The notes beneath the pieces were generated by a model. That model worked only from the letters and a program-made list of their open reading frames with translations, made no database searches and was not told where the DNA came from. The position numbers and the translations under genes were made by a program. A stretch of 25,385 nucleotides of DNA from a virus (taxonomy: Duplodnaviria; Caudoviricetes). The stretch lies in the IMG/VR virus record IMGVR_UViG_3300035494_000240, positions 1 through 25,385 of that record. One strand, given 5' to 3'. Within the stretch, counting starts at the first letter, position 1. Each line of letters opens with the position of its first letter. Below, one piece after another: positions 8,710 to 16,140 of this stretch.

Positions 8710-9389
8710 GCGGCCTCCTGCTTCAGAACGGTGTCTACGTTTGTCTGGATGACTTCGAACTCGATTACCCATAACCACGGATTGTCATTCCAACTGCCGG
8801 CACTGTTGATCGATTCCCAAAGTCCGGAGAAGGCATGAACTGCGGCAGGTAGCAGTTGGCCTTTGGTTGATTCTGAGTAGAGGAAGCGCTGGCACAGCTC
8901 ACCATTGATGCCTTCGGCAATTGCGTCCTCCTCTGTGATGTCCTGCAGCCTCTCGACACGCACATCGGTGATGCGTAATGTCAGGCGACTGGCGCAGCGC
9001 GGCATATGGATAGATGGCTTCCACGGGATGTTCTCCTTCGGGAAGTCGCTCCCACCGTCATACCAGCAATCAAGACCGCCGCTTGCCCGATACCAGATCC
9101 GCTCATTTTCGGTCGGCATGCCGTTATCGTCACACTCGAAGCCGGATATGAAGGTCTCACGCACCCACAGCAGGTCGCCAATCTTGCCGAACGGACAAAC
9201 CTCGGCCAAAAATCCGTGCGGTGCATCAGTCGAACAGGCTGACTTCTTATCGCTGGACTCTACCTTCCAGCCACTGCGAAACATGCGGTCTTGGTGGATG
9301 TTCTTCGCTACCCGCCGCGTCTGCGTCTTCTGACCAGCCAGCAGGGCACGGACCATATCGCCGTTGAACAGGATCGGGCGTGCGTTCAT
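8706..9389 (-). CDS. conserved phage protein (ASCH/PUA-like family)
   Basis: RPILFNGDMVRALLAGQKTQTRR...CPFG..GD.LWVRE...WKPSIHMPR.ASR..L.IT.VRVERLQDI...NPWLWVIEF. Confidence 0.8.
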   Translation of the reverse strand: MNARPILFNGDMVRALLAGQKTQTRRVAKNIHQDRMFRSGWKVESSDKKSACSTDAPHGFLAEVCPFGKIGDLLWVRETFISGFECDDNGMPTENERIWYRASGGLDCWYDGGSDFPKENIPWKPSIHMPRCASRLTLRITDVRVERLQDITEEDAIAEGINGELCQRFLYSESTKGQLLPAAVHAFSGLWESINSAGSWNDNPWLWVIEFEVIQTNVDTVLKQEAA

Positions 9390-9640
9390 GCGGCCTGCTC
9401 CTGGTCGCGGATGCGCAGCGGCACATAATTGTTCATCTTTGCCAACGCATCGCACTGGGCCATCCCGCGTTTGATGGCGGCTTTCAGCTCCAGATCAGAG
9501 ATTGAGTCGAGTTCGACATCCTGCTCGGCAACTTGGATGTATCCCAGCTCCAGCATCCGGTCATCGATCGGGACCAACCAAGGGATGATGTTCTCGGGTT
9601 CACTGGTATGGACAGTGAGGTAGAGCGTTACGGTAGTCAT
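9386..9640 (-). CDS. hypothetical phage protein
   Basis: ATG 9640 with AAGGT RBS, ATGA-coupled to the next gene. Confidence 0.65.
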   Translation of the reverse strand: MTTVTLYLTVHTSEPENIIPWLVPIDDRMLELGYIQVAEQDVELDSISDLELKAAIKRGMAQCDALAKMNNYVPLRIRDQEQAA

Positions 9641-9650
9641 GGGGTTACCT

Positions 9651-9944
9651 TTACTTGGCGAAGCATTGACGGAAGGTCGGCAGGAAATCGGCCAGCGTGT
9701 AGGGCACCGGCGATGCTGCCAGCTCAATGGCGGCAGCAAGAGTCGTGTTGAACTCCTGCTCCGGAGCAGATGAAACAGCCGTGATGGCCTGGCGTAGCCG
9801 GTGGTTCTCGTCAGCGATGACCTTCATCTTGTCCATGGCGCGAGCAAGCAGCTCGGTATCACTGACCGGGCGATTCTTGCAGGCCGGGTTCGGCACGAAC
9901 TCCACGGTGATCACTGCCCCGTTGTGGGTGAAGGTGTCTTGCAT
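9651..9944 (-). CDS. hypothetical phage protein
   Basis: GGAGGAG RBS, TGATG overlap with the upstream ORF. Confidence 0.65.
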   Translation of the reverse strand: MQDTFTHNGAVITVEFVPNPACKNRPVSDTELLARAMDKMKVIADENHRLRQAITAVSSAPEQEFNTTLAAAIELAASPVPYTLADFLPTFRQCFAK

Positions 9945-10108
9945 CACCACTCCTCCATCATGATTTTCAGAACCGGTCGCACCGGCTCAACGTTATGTAA
10001 AGCCCGCAGGCAGTAGAAGGCCGTGGCCACGCCCCAGCCCAGAACGAAGAAGCCGACAAGGCCGACCAGCATCAGGTACAGCTGGAACACCGCTTCGATA
10101 TCGCTCAT
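9944..10108 (-). CDS. 54-aa single-pass membrane protein (absent from ORF track)
   Basis: MSDIEAVFQLYLMLVGLVGFFVLGWGVATAFYCLRALHNVEPVRPVLKIMMEEW; ATGA and TGATG overlaps tile the gap exactly. Confidence 0.65.
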   Translation of the reverse strand: MSDIEAVFQLYLMLVGLVGFFVLGWGVATAFYCLRALHNVEPVRPVLKIMMEEW

Positions 10109-10563
10109 GCCAGCGTTCCCAGGTAGGTTGTTGAGGGAATCAGCCCATCAGGGCCAGTACCGATCTCGCACAGCTCGTCCCGCTTGGTGCGGCTTGAGCG
10201 AGCGGTGATTCGAGCCCGGCTGCGCGGACGTAGAACATCGTCACTGCCAGACACTGAAGCACTGAACAGCGCGACCACGATCAGCAGCAGCTGCAGACGG
10301 TTCAGGGCGCCGACCTCGATCATCTTGTTGATCGCCACCACCACGTCACTGCAGTCGAGCTTGAAGTACAGGGCCTGCCAGTACTGGTAGACGGTGTTCT
10401 TCGAGCAGTGCAGCTCCCGGCCAGCATCAGCCGCAGTGAGTCCGTTGGCCCGGCAGACCGCCGCACGGACTTCACCCGGCGTCAGCTTGCGGCCTGACTC
10501 CAGCAGGGTTGGGATGCCCTCCCAGTGGCCGAGGGCGTAGCCGTTTTCGGTTCGTGTGATCAT
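10105..10563 (-). CDS. LuxR-type HTH protein, first gene of the pL operon
   Basis: LTPGE.......ANGLT....GREL.CS.NTV......LYFKL.......AI resembles LuxR C-terminal HTH; followed by a hydrophobic stretch and an Arg-rich tail. Confidence 0.7.
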   Translation of the reverse strand: MITRTENGYALGHWEGIPTLLESGRKLTPGEVRAAVCRANGLTAADAGRELHCSKNTVYQYWQALYFKLDCSDVVVAINKMIEVGALNRLQLLLIVVALFSASVSGSDDVLRPRSRARITARSSRTKRDELCEIGTGPDGLIPSTTYLGTLA

Positions 10564-10580
10564 TTCAAGCACCCCAAAAG

Positions 10581-10639
10581 TTCAAGTAATCTTGAACAAA
10601 TGAAAGCATGCTTTAAGTTTCAATGCAAGCATGCTTGCA
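10581..10639 (-). promoter_or_regulatory. OL operators and pL promoter
   Basis: Palindromes TTCAAGtaatCTTGAA (10581-96), AAAGCATGCTTT (10603-14), TGCAAGCATGCTTGCA (10624-39); minus strand TTGCAT-17 nt-TTTCAT. Confidence 0.8.
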
Positions 10640-10707
10640 CGGAGATGGGATAAATTTGCAGTGCGCAGTAGGAAGTCGCACATCCACGACGGCAGGGAGA
10701 TGGCTAC

Positions 10708-11433
10708 ATGTCTGTACAGAAACGAATTTTCCTTGTGTGTGCCGTGTCCCTGTTATCGGCATGCACAAGCGTCCCGCAGATCACGGTGCCCGAGAAAATT
10801 ACCACGACCGAGAATGTTCTTTCTCCAGCCGTTGGGGCACCAAGCAAGAAGGATGTCGGAGAGGCCATCCTGATTCAGCAGCTCGGCAAGAAGACGACGC
10901 AGCGGCTGGCTGTGCTTCAGCAAGAGCTGCGACGGGATGCTGATTTTGTCAGTAGCGGTTACTCGATCATTATCCCCAGTGGTGCCAAAGGCTACTTGTC
11001 CGAAGGCGAAAACGCGGCCTGTTTCCAAAATATGGGAATGAATGCAGGGATCTACGGCAGCAGAGGGAAAAGTTTATTCTGCTTAACTGACACCAATGGA
11101 TCGGGTGCTTACGACCGTGCCGTTCTGGGATCGATCAATAACTGGGGGGACTTTGAAATTCCCAGTACGCCCTACAAAATCGAAGAAGTTACCGTCGGAT
11201 ATGATCCTGATTCTATCAAGAGGGAGTTGGTCTTCCAGGGACTTCGAGATGGCCAGATCCAGGTGCTCTATCGAGAATATACGGCCGCTGATATGGCTCG
11301 CGCCGCGTTCACGCAATCGGTCAGTTACGATGTTTCAACGACACCCGTAATAGGCTTCAAAGGCGCGAGAATAAAGGTTGTCAGAGTGACCGGAATAGAT
11401 ATCGAGTACACGGTTGAAAAGCCATTCAATTAG
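10708..11433 (+). CDS. accessory lipoprotein of unknown function
   Basis: Signal peptide MSVQKRIFLVCAVSLLSA-C with lipobox; GGGAGA RBS; beta-rich mature region. Confidence 0.8.
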   Translation: MSVQKRIFLVCAVSLLSACTSVPQITVPEKITTTENVLSPAVGAPSKKDVGEAILIQQLGKKTTQRLAVLQQELRRDADFVSSGYSIIIPSGAKGYLSEGENAACFQNMGMNAGIYGSRGKSLFCLTDTNGSGAYDRAVLGSINNWGDFEIPSTPYKIEEVTVGYDPDSIKRELVFQGLRDGQIQVLYREYTAADMARAAFTQSVSYDVSTTPVIGFKGARIKVVRVTGIDIEYTVEKPFN

Positions 11434-11540
11434 GCGGCAGAATTTCTTTTCAGTAGGGTGATCACATGGAATGGATCATCGGCGCGGTGGCTCAGTAAAA
11501 CCTTATAAATTGATTATTCATACACTTTTTGGACAAGAAC

Positions 11541-12590
11541 ATGACTCCGGAAGAGCAAGAGCAAATCGAGCTTCAGCTGCAAGAGTTCAGCAAGAAAATT
11601 GATTTTTATACATCTGAATACACTGTCGAGATATTAGCTCATAAAGTTAGCAATGAAGATTTTGTTGTGCCTGAATACCAGCGAGAGTTCACTTGGGAAA
11701 CCGAGAGAAAGTGTCGTTTTATTGAATCGTTGTTGATGGGGCTACCTATCCCGTTTGTGTTCTTATGGGTGAATGACGAGACTGGACAGCTTGAAATAGT
11801 TGATGGCTCACAGCGGCTACGAACCCTTGAGGAGTATATTCATAATCGCCTTAAACTCGAAGGCTTGGAGCGGCTTAACTTGCTCAATGGGACTAAATTT
11901 GAGGATTTGACACTTGCCCGCCAGCGGAAGCTTAATAATTTATCAATCAGGGCGGTGGTGCTGTCAGATAAGACCGACCTTGAGGCCCGTATTGACCTGT
12001 TTGAGAGGATTAATACTGGTAGTAAAGTTGCAAATCCTGCAGAGGTACGCCGAGGGGCCCAGCGTGGCCCCTTCATGGACTTCATTATTGAAATTGCACA
12101 GGATGAGCAATTTAAACGGCTAGCGACAGTAACCTCAACGCAGACCGCTACTCGAGAAAGAGAGGAGTTAGCGCTAAGATTTTTCGCTTATACAGATGGT
12201 CTTGGCGAATATAGAGATAGAGTTAAGGAGTTTCTATTTACTTACACTCGTAGCATGAACGAAAAATTCGGAGATGATCCATCACTGGTTGATACATACC
12301 GTGAACGCCTGAGTACTGTGCTGGACTTTGTTGAGCAGTCCTTTGCTTTAGGGTTTAGAAAGTCTCCTCGTGCAAAAACAACACCACGTTCACGTTTTGA
12401 ATCAATCGCAATAGGCGTTCATGAAGCGCTGAAAGTAAATCCTTCCCTCACAGTCACCCAAGCGCAAACCGATGAAATAGTTAACAGCCGAGAGTTCCTG
12501 AAAAAAATTACCTCTGATGGAGCCAACGTAAAGAGTAAGTTAATCGGCAGAATCAATGTTATGCGGGATGCTCTGTTAGAGGATAACTAA
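11541..12590 (+). CDS. DUF262 (GmrS/ParB-Srx-like) domain protein
   Basis: VPEYQREFTW, FIESLLMGLPIP, EIVDGSQRLRTL and FERINTG match the QR, DGQQR and FxxxN motifs; no HNH/DUF1524 motif seen. Confidence 0.9.
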   Translation: MTPEEQEQIELQLQEFSKKIDFYTSEYTVEILAHKVSNEDFVVPEYQREFTWETERKCRFIESLLMGLPIPFVFLWVNDETGQLEIVDGSQRLRTLEEYIHNRLKLEGLERLNLLNGTKFEDLTLARQRKLNNLSIRAVVLSDKTDLEARIDLFERINTGSKVANPAEVRRGAQRGPFMDFIIEIAQDEQFKRLATVTSTQTATREREELALRFFAYTDGLGEYRDRVKEFLFTYTRSMNEKFGDDPSLVDTYRERLSTVLDFVEQSFALGFRKSPRAKTTPRSRFESIAIGVHEALKVNPSLTVTQAQTDEIVNSREFLKKITSDGANVKSKLIGRINVMRDALLEDN

Positions 12591-12592
12591 TC

Positions 12593-13330
12593 GTGCAGCT
12601 AGTTCGAGATACATATAACGAGCGGATCAGTGATATTGAAGCACACTTCGAGCTCATTAAAAATATCAGCGATGCAGCTGTTAACGGTGGTGCCAAGTTT
12701 CCTGTAAATGATGGCCAGTACACAATCACGACACAGCAGCAAAAAATATTATTCTCTAGTACATATTTACAATTATATAACTTGGTTGAATCAACAGTTA
12801 ACCAGTTGATGGACGCGGTTGCACGGCATAGTATGCAAGGTATTGGGGGTGATCTTGCTCGATTATCAGAAAAAGTTAGAGATCAATATCTAAGGCACGT
12901 TCTTCGAACGAGTGATATAAGCTTGACTCCTGAAAATCGTCTCGCCAATGCGATAAAACTGTTACAGCAAGCGTTAGGTATGGCCGATGTCGAGATTAAA
13001 ATCCCTCGTGGAGGGGGAGGAAACTGGGATTTGGAGACAATAGGAAATTTAAATGATCGTATTGGAGTGGTTTGTATTTTATCACAGGATATAAGAGCTA
13101 AACTGTATAGGCCTTTCCGAGATGATAATGGTCCCCTACGCTGTATTAAAGTTGTACGGAATAATCTTGGACATGGCAGTATATCGTTTGCTGAGTGCGG
13201 GAGCGGTCATTCTTACAGTGAGTTCAGAACGCTAATTGATATTGTTAAAGAGTACTTAGAGCAATTAATGGATTCTTACGAGAATTATATTGATAGCCAA
13301 CATTACTTGCTAGATGAAGAAAGTGCTTAA
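12593..13330 (+). CDS. HEPN-domain protein (MAE_28990/MAE_18760-like) putative RNase
   Basis: LQLYNLVESTV helix motif and Rx4H motif RNNLGHG (13157-13174) followed by SF.ECG; GTG start with AGAGGA RBS. Confidence 0.85.
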   Translation: MQLVRDTYNERISDIEAHFELIKNISDAAVNGGAKFPVNDGQYTITTQQQKILFSSTYLQLYNLVESTVNQLMDAVARHSMQGIGGDLARLSEKVRDQYLRHVLRTSDISLTPENRLANAIKLLQQALGMADVEIKIPRGGGGNWDLETIGNLNDRIGVVCILSQDIRAKLYRPFRDDNGPLRCIKVVRNNLGHGSISFAECGSGHSYSEFRTLIDIVKEYLEQLMDSYENYIDSQHYLLDEESA

Positions 13331-13334
13331 AATT

Positions 13335-14381
13335 TCAGGTCAGGGCTGCCAAAATGCTCTGACCTACCACCTCTCCCAAGCGCACAGGAACAGCATTGCC
13401 AATCATCTTGGCGAGAGCGGCGATTGAACGCTTCTCCCCTGGCGGGACAAACTGGTAGCTTTCTGGGAACGACTGAAGCAAGGCTGCTTCACGGAGACTG
13501 ATAGCACGATCTTGCTCCGGATGTCCGAAGCGGCCATTGCCATAACCATTGCACTGGGTGGTGATGGTTGGCGATGGTTCATCCCACGACATTCTGCCGT
13601 AGACACTTGGGAACGTTTTCCCGCTTTCTTTACGGTGACAGCTGGCCCGCAGATCTTCTGGCCAGTCTAGCCATGAACCACCAGGTACAGAGGCTTGGAT
13701 GCGCTTCAGATTAATAGGGCTCAAGATGGAGGCGCGGTGTAGTGGATCGTCGCTATGAGTCTGGCCAGCCACCAGTGATGGCAGGTCAGCAATAATATCG
13801 GCGACGGTCATATATCGATCGGGCATATGCGTGGGCTCTGGCAAGCGTGCCTCTTTCTGGAGGTATGCCACCAGCATTAACCTCTTTCGGGTTTGTGCCA
13901 TGCCGTAATCTGGGCAGAAAACCACACGATAATCACACTGGTAGCCTGCTTCAGTCAAACGCTGAAGGAATTCGTCAAATACCGGCTGATCAACGAGCCC
14001 CGGCACATTCTCCATCGTCACGAAGTCCGGACGAACCTCGACAACCAAGCGGCCAAAGCTATTCAGCAGCCCCCAGCGCTTATCTTTCAAGCCTGTCGTA
14101 TTTGTGGTTCTTGAGTATGTGGAAAATGGCTGGCAAGGAGCACATCCAGCAAGCAAAGTGTAATCGGCTCCAAGCAGGTGTGCCTCAACCTCTTCCTTGC
14201 GAAGCGTGGTAACGTCCTGATTGATAAATTTAGCCTGATTGTTGTGTTCATAAGCAAACCGGCAAGACTCTTCAACATCGTAGCCTGCTACAACGTCAAT
14301 CCCGGCTCGCTGCATGCCGTGAGTTAACCCACCAGCTCCACAGAACAGATCAACCGCTTTGATTGTTGGACGCTTTGACAC
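13335..14381 (-). CDS. DNA (cytosine-5) methyltransferase, M.HgiDII-like
   Basis: DLFCGAGG, GCAPCQPFS, MENVP, QTRKR, YGRMSWDEPSPTITTQCNGYGNGRFGHPEQDRAISLREAALLQ, IGNAVP; GGAGGT RBS. Confidence 0.93.
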   Translation of the reverse strand: MSKRPTIKAVDLFCGAGGLTHGMQRAGIDVVAGYDVEESCRFAYEHNNQAKFINQDVTTLRKEEVEAHLLGADYTLLAGCAPCQPFSTYSRTTNTTGLKDKRWGLLNSFGRLVVEVRPDFVTMENVPGLVDQPVFDEFLQRLTEAGYQCDYRVVFCPDYGMAQTRKRLMLVAYLQKEARLPEPTHMPDRYMTVADIIADLPSLVAGQTHSDDPLHRASILSPINLKRIQASVPGGSWLDWPEDLRASCHRKESGKTFPSVYGRMSWDEPSPTITTQCNGYGNGRFGHPEQDRAISLREAALLQSFPESYQFVPPGEKRSIAALAKMIGNAVPVRLGEVVGQSILAALT

Positions 14382-14402
14382 TACACCTCCTGAAAGACGG
14401 CG

Positions 14403-14431
14403 ATTCTAACCTCACGATGAGGTATCGTCAT
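14403..14431 (-). promoter_or_regulatory. putative sigma70 promoter of the MTase with a palindrome in the spacer
   Basis: Minus strand ATGACG-17 nt-TAGAAT; ACCTCA-cga-TGAGGT at 14409-14423. Confidence 0.55.
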
Positions 14432-14579
14432 CACCAGCATCTCATAAACGGTGTTTAACATCGATGTTTTTTGCTTTTGCTTACCCAGGTCACGCGAATG
14501 ATCCATAGATTGAGGGCAGGGAGGTCCTGAAGAGGGTCACAAATTCCGTGAAACAAGCTTCTTAACCTCAGCAATCACG

Positions 14580-15362
14580 TCACAGCTTCCTGGCATTCCA
14601 GGCAAGCAGCACCTTGGCGTGAATCCTCACTTCATCCAGCTTAACCACCCGGTCTTTGTGCTTGGGGTTGTCGCTGATCAACTCGATCTCGGTGGCTGAC
14701 ACCATCTGCAGGCGCTTGATGTAGAGCATGTCATTCCAGGTCAGCAGGTAAACGCCATCACCCATGAAGGTCTGCACACCGCGGTCGATGATGACCGGAT
14801 CGCCATCGTTGATGGTGCCTTCCATGCTTTGACCATAGCCAGTGACGATCGCCAGGTTGCTGGCTTGGGTGTAGCGAACACCCAGGGCCGATAAATAATC
14901 CTGGTGCAGAGTCAGGTGACGGATGGTCTCCACGTAGTCAGGTGCGACTTGGCCGGAGCCCATAGCACCACGTACATCAAATTGCGGAATTGTTATCTCG
15001 CCGTCACGCAAGCGGGCCTTCTGGAAGTCAGCGGCAATCACATTGCCGGCACTTTCCTTGGGCTGATCAGAGTGAGCTGTTTCGAGCTGGGTGTGGTTTT
15101 CTTTGGGGGCGGCAGAGTCCTCAGCCTTGGCTTGACCGACGATCATCGGGCCCTTGCCAGAAATCAACCAATCCAGACTGCTTCCATATTCCTGAGCTAT
15201 GGCAGCCAAGTGCTCATTTTTGATGTTTGAAGTCTCACCAGTAAACCACTGGCTGACAGCCTGGTAACTGATGCCACATGTGCGCTCAAGGGCGCGCCTC
15301 ATCCCGCGCTTTGGGATGTCGCGATAAGTAAGCAGTTCTTGGATTCGGTCGATGGTAGTCAT
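14580..15362 (-). CDS. cI: CI-like repressor (HTH + S24 autopeptidase)
   Basis: N-terminal HTH (CGISYQAVSQWFTG), catalytic Ser (GQSME) and Lys (YIKRL); divergent from cro. Confidence 0.92.
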   Translation of the reverse strand: MTTIDRIQELLTYRDIPKRGMRRALERTCGISYQAVSQWFTGETSNIKNEHLAAIAQEYGSSLDWLISGKGPMIVGQAKAEDSAAPKENHTQLETAHSDQPKESAGNVIAADFQKARLRDGEITIPQFDVRGAMGSGQVAPDYVETIRHLTLHQDYLSALGVRYTQASNLAIVTGYGQSMEGTINDGDPVIIDRGVQTFMGDGVYLLTWNDMLYIKRLQMVSATEIELISDNPKHKDRVVKLDEVRIHAKVLLAWNARKL

Positions 15363-15425
15363 AGAGCGAATATACAAGTGTGCTTGTGAAGCATGCTTGC
15401 ATTCAATGTTCAATCATGCTTGAAT
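15363..15425. promoter_or_regulatory. OR operators with pR and pRM
   Basis: ACAAGtgTGCTTGT (15374-87), AAGCATGCTT (15389-98), TTCAAtCATGCTTGAA (15409-24); plus strand TTGCAT-17 nt-TTGAAT; minus strand TATATT 6 nt before the cI ATG. Confidence 0.8.
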
Positions 15426-15450
15426 TTCACCAACTTCAGTGGAGAGCAGC

Positions 15451-15645
15451 ATGACACGTTCCGAAGCAATCAAATTTTTCGGCGGTATTCCTGAGTTGGC
15501 CCGGGTGCTCGACATCACCTACGAAGCCGTACGCCAGTGGCCTGAAGACGGAATTCCTCTTCTGCGGCAGTACCAAATTCAAGAGCTGTCCGAAGGGGCG
15601 CTCAAAGTATCTGGAAAAAAGCAGAGTCAGGTCACCGCCGCATGA
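15451..15645 (+). CDS. cro: Cro-like repressor
   Basis: MTRSEAIKFFGG..ELARVLDIT.EAV.QW...IP..RQYQIQ.LS.GALK; GGAGAG RBS. Confidence 0.9.
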   Translation: MTRSEAIKFFGGIPELARVLDITYEAVRQWPEDGIPLLRQYQIQELSEGALKVSGKKQSQVTAA

Positions 15646-15722
15646 CCCCCGATCTGGACCCAGTATCGCTGTTTGGATCGGTGATTTTTATCTACTGGCT
15701 GGGGTGTGGATTCGTACAGTAG
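15642..15722 (+). CDS. 26-aa hydrophobic micro-ORF coupled to cro
   Basis: ATGA overlap; MTPDLDPVSLFGSVIFIYWLGCGFVQ; stops just before the terminator. Confidence 0.35.
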   Translation: MTPDLDPVSLFGSVIFIYWLGCGFVQ

Positions 15723-15734
15723 CGCGGTGCCTTT

Positions 15735-15766
15735 GACCGGCTTCTCCCTCTCGCCGGTCCTTTTTT
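15735..15766 (+). terminator. intrinsic terminator (tR1-like)
   Basis: GACCGGC-11 nt-GCCGGTC followed by CTTTTTT. Confidence 0.7.
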
Positions 15767-16050
15767 GAGTGCCTTCCTGGAGGGTACTGAAGAAAGCTGA
15801 CAGGAGATCCAGCTTAGCCGTCCGGCGCGGATTGCCGGACGCATCATTTTACCCGGGCGGGTAGTGCCGTTGGCGAGATCGGCGCCCAAGACAATCTCGC
15901 AAGCCAGGGGTTTTGATATTTTCCCCCTTCAGCCGGTACCCGCGCCGGGGCGAAAAGCGGGACAACCGAAGAGCGTCTTCACTGAGGGCGCTGTTCAGTT
16001 GTTTCAAGTTTCACGCCGGCCTGTGTCGGTCTCATTTTCGAGGGAGAGTG

Positions 16051-16140
16051 ATGGCTCACTGCAGTAACAACCTCAAACACAGGTTAATCCCAATAGAGCT
16101 GCTCAGTCTGAATACTGCGCATGTTGGCTGGGCGGTATGA
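16051..16140 (+). CDS. 29-aa leader peptide coupled to the replication gene
   Basis: GGGAGAG RBS, ATG 16051, ATGA overlap with 16137. Confidence 0.4.
   Translation: MAHCSNNLKHRLIPIELLSLNTAHVGWAV

Noticed and set aside
15704-15719. LexA-box-like GTGT-N8-ACAG downstream of cro
   Set aside because: Mismatch in the invariant CTG and no associated promoter identified.
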